This document shows, piece after piece, positions 9,011-17,544 of a DNA stretch of 64,000 nucleotides. The translations under genes were made by a program, and so were the position numbers. Location: NCBI GenBank assembly GCA_963783575.1, contig CAWAOD010000005.1, forward strand, positions 512,001-576,000, given 5' to 3'. Position 1 is the first letter of the stretch, and each line of letters opens with the position of its first letter. Under the pieces are notes generated by a model that ran no database searches, had not been told where the DNA came from, and saw nothing but the letters and a program-made list of their open reading frames with translations. Source of the stretch: an uncultured Spirochaetota bacterium. GTDB taxonomy: Bacteria > Spirochaetota > Brevinematia > Brevinematales > JAOACQ01.

Positions 9011-10714
9011 ATGCCTGATTTTGGAGAAATATTAAAAAAGCTACAGGAACTTTTTGAAAAACTGACCATGGTTCAAAAGTTAATCCTGGCCGGAATCGGT
9101 TTTGCTATTATAGCCTCTTTAATCTTTATTGCAAATGTATCCACCAAATCTACTTATTCTATGCTTTATAAGTCGCCTCTTTCTCAGGAGGAATATGCAA
9201 GAATCACAAAAAAACTTACCGAATGGAATATCAAATTTGAAACAAAAGATGATAAGTATATCCTGTTGAAAGATGACAACCAGAGCCGTACAATCCGTAT
9301 GAAGCTGGGACAGGAAGGAATTATCCCGGATAATATTAAAGGGTGGGAACTCTTTGATACCCAAAAGTTTACAACTACTGATTTTGAGCGAAACGTAAAT
9401 CTTCAGAGAGCAATAATCGGTGAAATGGTTAAACATTTAAAAACTCTTGAAGATGTAGAAGATGTTAGTATAGAAGTAAGCTTTCCAAAAGAAAGTCTAT
9501 ATTCGGATTACCAGGCTCCAACCACCGCATCTGTAATAATTGTTCCAGGGCCCTACAGTGATATTTCCGAGAATAAAAATAAAATAAAAGGAATTGTTAA
9601 TCTTGTTGCAAGAGGAATTCAGGATTTAAAGCCTGAAAACATTGTAGTGGTTGATAATAAGGGTAATGTATTATCTGATTTATTGGTTCCCGATGATGCG
9701 AGCGAAGGCTTGAAAATTGCAAGAGAACACCTTAAAATAAAGGAGAGGGAAAGAGCATTATTAATCAGCCGGATAAAAGAATCGTTGAAGCAGTCAATCA
9801 GCCCTGAAAGGCTGTTGGTATCGGCTGACATAGAATTTGACTGGACTAAAAGGAAGTCTGAAGCTGATAAGATTATACCTATTGTTGTAAAAGAAAGAAC
9901 GCCGAACCTGCCTTATGACGACAGCCAGGTTCAAATTAATGTCCCGGTCAGCGAAAAAAAGACGACAGAAAAATTCGAAGGGCCTGCTTACATTCCAGAA
10001 GGCCCTGCCGGTGTTGAAAATAATGTTCCACCTGGATTGAAGGATAAGATTGATAGATATACCCATTATAATAAAGATGAAAATATTATTAATTATCAGA
10101 ATAGTAAAGAAAAAGTTCAGGAAGAAAAAGCTCCATATGAGATAAAAAGGATTTCTGTGGCTGTATCTATTGATGGTGTCTGGGAAATTCTAAGGACTGA
10201 TGCAGGCGATCCGATTGTTACAAACGGTGGAAGGATTGCAAGGGCATATCACCCGGTGGATCCGGATAGCTTAAAAAATTATGAGGCTTGGGTAAAAGCT
10301 GCCGTCAACTATGATGTAAAACGCGGGGATGATGTTGTTGTTAATTCGATAGCATTTGATCATTTAAAGGAGTTTGAGAAAGAAGATGAAGGCATACGCA
10401 GAAAAGTACAGTTAAGAAGAACATTATTGGCTTCTATTGTCGTATTATTCTTCCTCTTCCTCGCAACGCTTGGATACAGGGGATTGGCACGTGAACTTGA
10501 AAGAAGAAGAAGACTCCGCGAGGAAGAGATAGCCCGACAGCAGCAGGCAATGCGAGAAGCAGCCTTAAGGGCGGCGGAGGAAGAAGCAGCTACCGTGGAA
10601 TTATCTATAGAAGAAAAAGCTCGGGCCGAGCTTTTGGAAAACGCGATTAATCTTTCGCGGGAAAGGGCTGATGACGTAGCCCGTTTGATCAGAACCTGGT
10701 TAGCGGAAGAATAG
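9011..10714 (+). CDS. fliF: Flagellar MS-ring protein FliF
   Basis: GWELFDTQKFTTTDFERNVNLQRAI, LKPENIVVVD, two TM segments, DVARLIRTWL. Confidence 0.97.
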   Translation: MPDFGEILKKLQELFEKLTMVQKLILAGIGFAIIASLIFIANVSTKSTYSMLYKSPLSQEEYARITKKLTEWNIKFETKDDKYILLKDDNQSRTIRMKLGQEGIIPDNIKGWELFDTQKFTTTDFERNVNLQRAIIGEMVKHLKTLEDVEDVSIEVSFPKESLYSDYQAPTTASVIIVPGPYSDISENKNKIKGIVNLVARGIQDLKPENIVVVDNKGNVLSDLLVPDDASEGLKIAREHLKIKERERALLISRIKESLKQSISPERLLVSADIEFDWTKRKSEADKIIPIVVKERTPNLPYDDSQVQINVPVSEKKTTEKFEGPAYIPEGPAGVENNVPPGLKDKIDRYTHYNKDENIINYQNSKEKVQEEKAPYEIKRISVAVSIDGVWEILRTDAGDPIVTNGGRIARAYHPVDPDSLKNYEAWVKAAVNYDVKRGDDVVVNSIAFDHLKEFEKEDEGIRRKVQLRRTLLASIVVLFFLFLATLGYRGLARELERRRRLREEEIARQQQAMREAALRAAEEEAATVELSIEEKARAELLENAINLSRERADDVARLIRTWLAEE

Positions 10715-10723
10715 GAGGCGAAT

Positions 10724-11797
10724 ATGGCAGAAAAAACTACAGTGGAACAGCAACAGCAAGTTCCGAAACAACAGGGAAAAGGAAAGAGGGAAAAGAAAAG
10801 GACTTTGACAGGAAGGGAAAAAGCCGCAGTTTTTCTTGTCTCTATAGGCCCCGAAGTATCTGCTGATATTTTCAAGCATTTGAAAGAAGATGAAGTGGAA
10901 GAATTGACATTTGAAATAGCCAGGGTCGATAAAGTTGACCCAGAGGAAAGAGATACGGTTTTGATGGAATTCCAGGAATTAATGATGGCCCAGGACTTTA
11001 TTGTAAACGGCGGCGTAGATTATGCCAGGGAAGTTCTGGAAAGAGCATTGGGTACACAGAAAGCTGTAGATATTATCAACCGTTTAACTTCTTCACTTCA
11101 GACAAAGCCGTTTGACTTTATAAGAAGAACCGATCCGGTACATTTGATAAATTTCATTCAGAATGAGCATCCGCAGACAATAGCCCTGATTTTATCATAT
11201 CTTGATTCTCAAAAAGCTGCGCATATAATAAGTGCGCTTCCCCATGAGATACAGGCCGATGTGGCTAAAAGAATAGCGACAATGGATAGGACTTCCCCGG
11301 AAATTTTAAGGGAAGTTGAAAGGGTGCTTGAAAGAAAACTTTCCACTCTGGCAAGCGAAGACTATACATCTGCCGGCGGTATTGACGCTGTTGTTTCAAT
11401 TTTAAACAACGCCGACCGCTCGACTGAAAGAAATATTATTGAGGCTTTGGAAGAAGACGATCCGGATCTTGCCGAAGAAATTAAGAAAAAAATGTTTGTG
11501 TTTGAAGATGTTATTACGCTTGATGACCGTTCCATACAGAAAGTTCTCAGGCATGTTGATACCTCCGATCTTGCAAAGGCATTAAAAGCAGTTGATCCTG
11601 AAGTTCAGGATAAAATATACCGAAATATGTCTAAGCGCGCAGCACAAATGCTGAAAGAAGATATGGAATATATGGGACCGATACGTTTGAAGGATGTTGA
11701 AGAAGCTCAGCAAAAAATTGTTAATATTATCAGAAAATTGGAGGAACAGGGAGAAATCGTTCTTTCAAGAAATGCAGAGGATGAAATTGTAGTATAA
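10724..11797 (+). CDS. fliG: Flagellar motor switch protein FliG
   Basis: KAAVFLVSIG, EHPQTIALILSYL, MFVFED, RLKDVEEAQQKIV. Confidence 0.98.
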   Translation: MAEKTTVEQQQQVPKQQGKGKREKKRTLTGREKAAVFLVSIGPEVSADIFKHLKEDEVEELTFEIARVDKVDPEERDTVLMEFQELMMAQDFIVNGGVDYAREVLERALGTQKAVDIINRLTSSLQTKPFDFIRRTDPVHLINFIQNEHPQTIALILSYLDSQKAAHIISALPHEIQADVAKRIATMDRTSPEILREVERVLERKLSTLASEDYTSAGGIDAVVSILNNADRSTERNIIEALEEDDPDLAEEIKKKMFVFEDVITLDDRSIQKVLRHVDTSDLAKALKAVDPEVQDKIYRNMSKRAAQMLKEDMEYMGPIRLKDVEEAQQKIVNIIRKLEEQGEIVLSRNAEDEIVV

Positions 11798-11885
11798 TTA
11801 CAGGTAAAAGTCGAAGTTTTGATACTCGAAGCAGAGACTGGGGAATTTTATATGATCAAGCGGTGTGTTTGATCAGGGGATGTAT

Positions 11886-12878
11886 ATGGCTGGATCAAAT
11901 TATGATATTCATGCCAAGATTTTGAGAATCGGGCAGTACAGGATTGAGGATACAAAGTTTATTGTCCAGGCTCCAAAAGTATTCAGAAAAACAAAAGAAC
12001 AGGAAATAGATGAATCGACGAAAAGGATAGATGAATTAAAAGATGAAATGAAAAAAATGGAGCAGGATCTTGCCTCTAAAATGGATAAAACCCAGAAAGA
12101 TTCTGAAGAAATAGTTGAAAAAGCAGAGGCTGAAGCTGAAAGGATTGTAAAAGAATCCGAAACAAGTGCATTTGACAGAGTTAAAAAATCTCTTGAAGAA
12201 AAAGAAGCAGTAATTCAGGAAAAAAGAAAAGAAGCTGAAATTGTCATAAATGAAGCTAAAAATATTTCTGAAGAAATGATTAACAACACAAAAATTGAGG
12301 CTGAGAAAATTAAAGAAACGGCAAAAAATGAAGGATTTAATGTGGGAAGGGATGAGGGATTTGAAGCCGGTAAAAATGAACTCATCAGTATGATAGACCG
12401 GCTGAAATTGATCATCAGTACTATGCTTCAGGAAAGGGAAAAAATTCTGGTGCACAGTGAAAGGCAAATCATGAACCTTGTGATCACAATGGTTAAAAAA
12501 ATTGTAAAGAAACTTACCCAGGAAGAAGAAAATGTTGTTGTAAATAATACAAAGGAAGCCCTTTCGATTATCAGGGGCGCCATGAAAGTTTATATCCACG
12601 TTAATCCGTCTGATTATGATTACACAACAAGCCATAAAGAGGAACTGATAAAATTGATAGAGGGAATGCCGGAAGTAAAAATATTTGAAGATCCGGCTGT
12701 GGACAAAGGCGGGGTATACATTGAAACCGATGTCGGGGACGTGGACGCGAAAATCGCCACTCAATTGGATGAAATTGAAGATAAAATACGTTTTTATATT
12801 CCGGTTAAAGTAAAAACAAAGGGAATGGAAGACAGTATTAAAGAAAATGCAGTTCAGGAAAATGATCAATCCGAATAA
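11886..12878 (+). CDS. fliH: Flagellar assembly protein FliH
   Basis: Coiled coil, GxxxG repeats (EGFNVGRDEGFEAG), VNPSD, DPAVDKGGVYIETDVGDVDA; start uncertain (11865/11880/11886). Confidence 0.92.
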   Translation: MAGSNYDIHAKILRIGQYRIEDTKFIVQAPKVFRKTKEQEIDESTKRIDELKDEMKKMEQDLASKMDKTQKDSEEIVEKAEAEAERIVKESETSAFDRVKKSLEEKEAVIQEKRKEAEIVINEAKNISEEMINNTKIEAEKIKETAKNEGFNVGRDEGFEAGKNELISMIDRLKLIISTMLQEREKILVHSERQIMNLVITMVKKIVKKLTQEEENVVVNNTKEALSIIRGAMKVYIHVNPSDYDYTTSHKEELIKLIEGMPEVKIFEDPAVDKGGVYIETDVGDVDAKIATQLDEIEDKIRFYIPVKVKTKGMEDSIKENAVQENDQSE

Positions 12879-14255
12879 TTGGATGAGGTACAGCAGATGG
12901 AAGCTGTTAATGATATAGAAATTGATTCCAGTGATATTTTTGAAAAATACCAGAATTCAATCAATCGTGCGGTTCCGATAAAAACTAATGGAAGGGTTAG
13001 CGATGTCATAGGTATATCTATTGAATCCATCGGCCCTTTTGCTTCCATCGGGGATGTTTGTACGATTCAGGTCAATAATCGGGACGACCATCAATTAAAA
13101 GCGGAAGTAGTGGGCTTTAAAAATAAGAAAACTCTCATAATGCCGCTTGGAGATGTAAACGGTATCTCTCCGGGAGTTAAAATACTCAATCTGGGACGAA
13201 AGCTTGAAATTCCTGTCGGTAATGAGCTCCTTGGCAGAATTATCGGCGGTGATGGAACTCCGATCGATGGAAAGGGTGAATTGAAAACAAGGATCATGTA
13301 TCCTGTCGATAATAACCCCCCGGATGCATATCGCAGAAAAAGGATTAAAGATCCTATAACAACCGGAATCCGATCAATAGACGGGGCTTTGACAGTAGGA
13401 AAAGGACAGAGGATCGGTATATTTTCCGGCAGCGGCGTCGGTAAATCCACCCTTTTAGGAATGATTTCACGGAATACAAATGCAGATGTTAACGTAATAG
13501 CTTTGATTGGTGAAAGAGGCAGGGAAGTCCGGGATTTTATTGAAAGGGACCTTGGAGAAGAAGGATTAAAAAGATCCGTTGTAATTGTAGTTACATCAAA
13601 TGAACCGCCTTTATTGAGAATTCGAGGAGCATATGTGGCAACGGCAGTTGCTGAGTATTTCAGAGATCAGGGAATGGATGTAATGTTTATGATGGACTCG
13701 ATTACAAGATTCGCCATGTCGCAAAGAGAGGTCGGGCTTGCCATCGGAGAACCTCCTGCCACGAAAGGTTATACTCCCAGCGTTTTCTCCGTGCTCCCAA
13801 GGCTTCTTGAAAGAACAGGAGCAAGCGATATTGGAACAATCACAGCTTTTTATACAGTGCTTGTTGAAGGTGATGACATTAATGAGCCGATTTCCGATGC
13901 TGTGAGAGGAATTTTAGATGGGCATATTATTTTGTCAAGGAACCTTGCCGTTAAGAATCACTATCCGTCTGTAGATATACTCGGCAGCATAAGCCGTTTG
14001 ATGGTTGATGTTGCCGATGACAGCCACCAGAAAAATGCAAACAAGCTCCGAGAGGTTCTGGCAACTTACAGGGAAGCCGAAGATTTAATAAATATAGGCG
14101 CATATGTAAGGGGAAGCAACCCTAAAATTGATTATGCTTTGACAAAAATTGAGAAGGTTGAGCAGTTCACAAGACAGGGTATATTTGAAAAGGCCGATTT
14201 TCAGGATACGATAAATAGACTGAATCAAATTTTTGATGAATCAAGAAGAAGGTAA
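12879..14255 (+). CDS. fliI: Flagellum-specific export ATPase FliI
   Basis: Walker A GSGVGKST, IGERGREV, DSITRFAMSQRE, DGHIILSR. Confidence 0.97.
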   Translation: MDEVQQMEAVNDIEIDSSDIFEKYQNSINRAVPIKTNGRVSDVIGISIESIGPFASIGDVCTIQVNNRDDHQLKAEVVGFKNKKTLIMPLGDVNGISPGVKILNLGRKLEIPVGNELLGRIIGGDGTPIDGKGELKTRIMYPVDNNPPDAYRRKRIKDPITTGIRSIDGALTVGKGQRIGIFSGSGVGKSTLLGMISRNTNADVNVIALIGERGREVRDFIERDLGEEGLKRSVVIVVTSNEPPLLRIRGAYVATAVAEYFRDQGMDVMFMMDSITRFAMSQREVGLAIGEPPATKGYTPSVFSVLPRLLERTGASDIGTITAFYTVLVEGDDINEPISDAVRGILDGHIILSRNLAVKNHYPSVDILGSISRLMVDVADDSHQKNANKLREVLATYREAEDLINIGAYVRGSNPKIDYALTKIEKVEQFTRQGIFEKADFQDTINRLNQIFDESRRR

Positions 14256-14439
14256 ATTCTTTTAAATTCCATCAATATTTTTAAAAATCAAAACAATCAG
14301 CTGACATAAACTTCATTTGTATCTTTCATTTTATTTATCAATGTTAATTGTCGAAAATATAGGCAATTAATTAATGTGTATCATTATTTAATAATCTCAA
14401 AATATTTATTGATTCTTGTATAAAAAGTGAAATTATTCA

Positions 14440-14467
14440 TTGACAAAATAGTTTGTTCTATTATAAT
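14440..14467 (+). promoter_or_regulatory. Sigma70-type promoter of the PEGA/GH57-like operon
   Basis: TTGACA-N16-TATAAT, followed by AAGGAGG RBS. Confidence 0.65.
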
Positions 14468-14498
14468 TTAATCTGCTACTTGCAAGGAGGAATTTATA

Positions 14499-17400
14499 AT
14501 GCTGAAGAAATTTAAGATTATAATTCTTCTTATATTATTAACCCTTTTTCAATCTGTAATTTATTCCGAAACTTCCGTTTTTCTGAGTTTTAGTCCTATT
14601 CCAAAAGGCATTTCAAACTCGGATGGTGATTTTCTAAATTCTTCAGTAATGGAAAACTTACAGGATTTGAATGATCTTCTTAATAATATTTACATTAAAA
14701 GCGATACATTGGAAAAGCTTGCAAATACTAAAATCGATGAAATCAATTCAACAAATACCAATGTTACAATCGTCAATAAAAAACCGGTTAATCCCAAAAA
14801 ATTACCTTCTATTGTATTAAAACCTTTCAATCCGGCAGCATTAAAAACGTTAAATGCATATGTCAGGTTAGATTCAATCTTAGTTGTGAATTATACACTA
14901 AATGCGGCAAAGGGATCTCCGACTAATATTTCTATAAATTTTACTCTCCAGAACAATCAGGGCGTTAAGACCGCTTCGAGTGCAGCTATTATCTCTCAAA
15001 CAAAATTTATGGATACCGGTTATTTAAATGCAACAATTAAAAAATCGATTATTGATCTTTATAATTTATGGAATAGATACTATTATTTACCGAAAAAATT
15101 CGGCTCCGTTACATTTAATATCTTACAAAAAAATGCGGAAATAAAGATCGGATCATTGAATTTGAAGCTTGTTAACGGAAAAAATGATAAACTTCCATAC
15201 GGCAGTTATCTTACCGTAATCACCGCTTCCAATTATCAGACTTTGATTACAAATATTATAATATCGGATAAAACTCCGGTTTATAAATTATCCTTAATTA
15301 CCAATAAAACGGCGGCAAATACTGCTTCAGCATTGGGAAATCTTTTGATCGATTCGGATTTTCCGAATGCCAAATTTATTATAGTGGAAGATGATATAAG
15401 CGGGTTAACGCCGATGACCCTTACAAATATTAAAATAGGGGAAAAAACTGTTGTTTTTGATGAAACGCCTGAATATGAATTCAAGAAAATGAATACAACA
15501 GTTAAAGAAAACGATACCACGTATGAATTTATAAATTTAATTAAAAAGGGTTCGGGATTCAGGATTGAATGTAATTCTGACGATACGTTGGTTATCCTTG
15601 ATAAAGATATTGTCGGAACCGTTTCCAATGGAATATTTGATTATAGTTCATCTCCCGGTTTACATGGCTTAACCTTTATTAAAGATAAGTATGAAGCATT
15701 AAGAACGAATATTAATTTAAAAGCCGATTCAAATGAAAACATAAAAATAAACCTGATACCCAAGAATATAGCCGGTTATATTGTCACCCCTCAGGTTGAT
15801 GGGGTCGAAGTTTTAAATAACAGCCAGAGTATTGGCTTTACACCGGCAATTATTTACCTCCAGGAAACCAATAATATCAGTTTGAATTTGGTCGCTACAA
15901 ATTCCGGTTTTAATAATCTTATGATTAATATGCCATGGAAGTGGGGCAGTGATAATAATTATACCGCTGTATTAAAACCATTATTTGGAGATTTAAAGAT
16001 TATCACCTCTCAGGATGATGTATCCGTTGTTGTTGAAAATTCATTTAAAGGAAAAGCTTCAACCAATGGTATAAGCTTATTAGACATTCCGTCGAGGAGA
16101 ATTAAATTGAGGCTGGAAAAAGATGGATATAAAACAATCAATACCAATATTTATATTTCTCCGAATATTGAAAATAAATATAATTTTGAATTAAAAGAAG
16201 CGCCGTCGAAAGCTTTTATTACTTCATCCCCTGAAAAAGGCCTTGATATTTTTATTAACGGAGAATATTCCGGTGTAAGCGGTGAAGGTGTAGTTTCAAT
16301 AGAAATGGGGAAATTAAATATTAAATTGAAGAAAAAAGGATTTAAGACTATCCAGACCAATATTGACGTAACTGGAAAAGAATCTTTAATTCTTAATTTT
16401 AGTACCGTTCCCGGGGTCGGGGAGGATGAATTTATTGAAAATATCAATGAAAGCTATAGCCAGGCTTTGAAATTGCTGGATAAAAATAGTTTCGATAATG
16501 CCCTATCCAATTTTATAAGTATTAAAAGTAATATCCAGTCTTCGGATTACAAGGATTTGGTTTCCATAAAAGATATTGCAGATAAAATAGATGTAAAAAT
16601 AAAATGGCTGAATGCTCTGGGGGGAATTAACGATTTAATATCAGCAGGTGATGAAAGTTATACAAGGGATGACCTTGATGCATCGGAATTAAGTTATGAA
16701 AATGCCATCAAATTGATGGATTCATCCGGAGCATTGGAAAATTCGTTTTATTCTGAAAAAAAGAAAGACCTGGAATTTAAAATAGAAAACATTAAAAAGG
16801 GAAAAGAAGATAAAGAAACGGCAGATCAGGCCAGGCAGTTTATTTCAAAGATAAATCCGGTTATTTATGAAAGTGATAAACTGGCTGAAAATTTCCAGTT
16901 CACTCAGGCCATTGAGAAATACAATGAAGCTCTTAAAATGATTGATGATTTTCCCTTAAAAGACAATCAAAAACTTAAAGACAGCAGGGAAAGAATTGAA
17001 AAGAGGCTTAAAAGAGCGCAGCTTCAGGCTAAGGAAAGAGATGTCTGGTGGCCGAAAATGGTTAGAAACTGGACCGGGCTGTCTTTTGATGTGATGGGTT
17101 CAATGATTTCATCGCCGGGAATGTCTTTCGATTCAAAATTACTGAACATTCCGGTATTTGCGAGGCTTGGAATACATATCGCTCCGGTTTTCGGCCTGAC
17201 ATTCGGCGGTATGTATAATGTATCATATGGAAGCAGTGATCTTACGAATAAATACGCTCCATACGCAGTTATGGCAGGAGCCATTCTAAGGGTGCCAATT
17301 TTTCCTCAATTATCTGCGTTTGGGGAATACCAGCTCTTATTATCCGATTTTCAAAGCTTTAATCTCATACAATACGGTATTGTAAATATCGGTGTCGACG

Positions 17401-17516
17401 CAAAATCTACATGGATTGGTATCAAAGTTTTTTATCAGCTTGCTTTTGCTTCCAGTTATCAGGTCTTGTTCAATGGATTAGGATTGGGCATTTCTTTCTG
17501 GATTACCGAGGAATGA
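14499..17516 (+). CDS. Secreted multi-PEGA-domain protein with helical/TPR region and beta-rich C-terminus
   Basis: Signal peptide; repeated PEGA-like units (ITSSPEKGLDIFINGEYSG..KKKGFKT, LEKDGYKT, IGFTPA); helical AIEKYNEAL; amphipathic beta-strand C-terminus. Confidence 0.7.
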   Translation: MLKKFKIIILLILLTLFQSVIYSETSVFLSFSPIPKGISNSDGDFLNSSVMENLQDLNDLLNNIYIKSDTLEKLANTKIDEINSTNTNVTIVNKKPVNPKKLPSIVLKPFNPAALKTLNAYVRLDSILVVNYTLNAAKGSPTNISINFTLQNNQGVKTASSAAIISQTKFMDTGYLNATIKKSIIDLYNLWNRYYYLPKKFGSVTFNILQKNAEIKIGSLNLKLVNGKNDKLPYGSYLTVITASNYQTLITNIIISDKTPVYKLSLITNKTAANTASALGNLLIDSDFPNAKFIIVEDDISGLTPMTLTNIKIGEKTVVFDETPEYEFKKMNTTVKENDTTYEFINLIKKGSGFRIECNSDDTLVILDKDIVGTVSNGIFDYSSSPGLHGLTFIKDKYEALRTNINLKADSNENIKINLIPKNIAGYIVTPQVDGVEVLNNSQSIGFTPAIIYLQETNNISLNLVATNSGFNNLMINMPWKWGSDNNYTAVLKPLFGDLKIITSQDDVSVVVENSFKGKASTNGISLLDIPSRRIKLRLEKDGYKTINTNIYISPNIENKYNFELKEAPSKAFITSSPEKGLDIFINGEYSGVSGEGVVSIEMGKLNIKLKKKGFKTIQTNIDVTGKESLILNFSTVPGVGEDEFIENINESYSQALKLLDKNSFDNALSNFISIKSNIQSSDYKDLVSIKDIADKIDVKIKWLNALGGINDLISAGDESYTRDDLDASELSYENAIKLMDSSGALENSFYSEKKKDLEFKIENIKKGKEDKETADQARQFISKINPVIYESDKLAENFQFTQAIEKYNEALKMIDDFPLKDNQKLKDSRERIEKRLKRAQLQAKERDVWWPKMVRNWTGLSFDVMGSMISSPGMSFDSKLLNIPVFARLGIHIAPVFGLTFGGMYNVSYGSSDLTNKYAPYAVMAGAILRVPIFPQLSAFGEYQLLLSDFQSFNLIQYGIVNIGVDAKSTWIGIKVFYQLAFASSYQVLFNGLGLGISFWITEE

Positions 17517-17544
17517 AATATTTATCCGGATATAGGGGAGTTTT

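Noticed and set aside
11853..11875. TGATCAAGC/GTTTGATCA hairpin abutting the fliH RBS
   Set aside because: Real but small; barely overlaps the SD and there is no independent support for regulation
12036..12869. 277-aa antisense ORF in fliH and similar shadow ORFs (e.g. 18543-18956, 36769-37338)
   Set aside because: Phe/Ile-rich reverse-complement artefacts of well-supported genes
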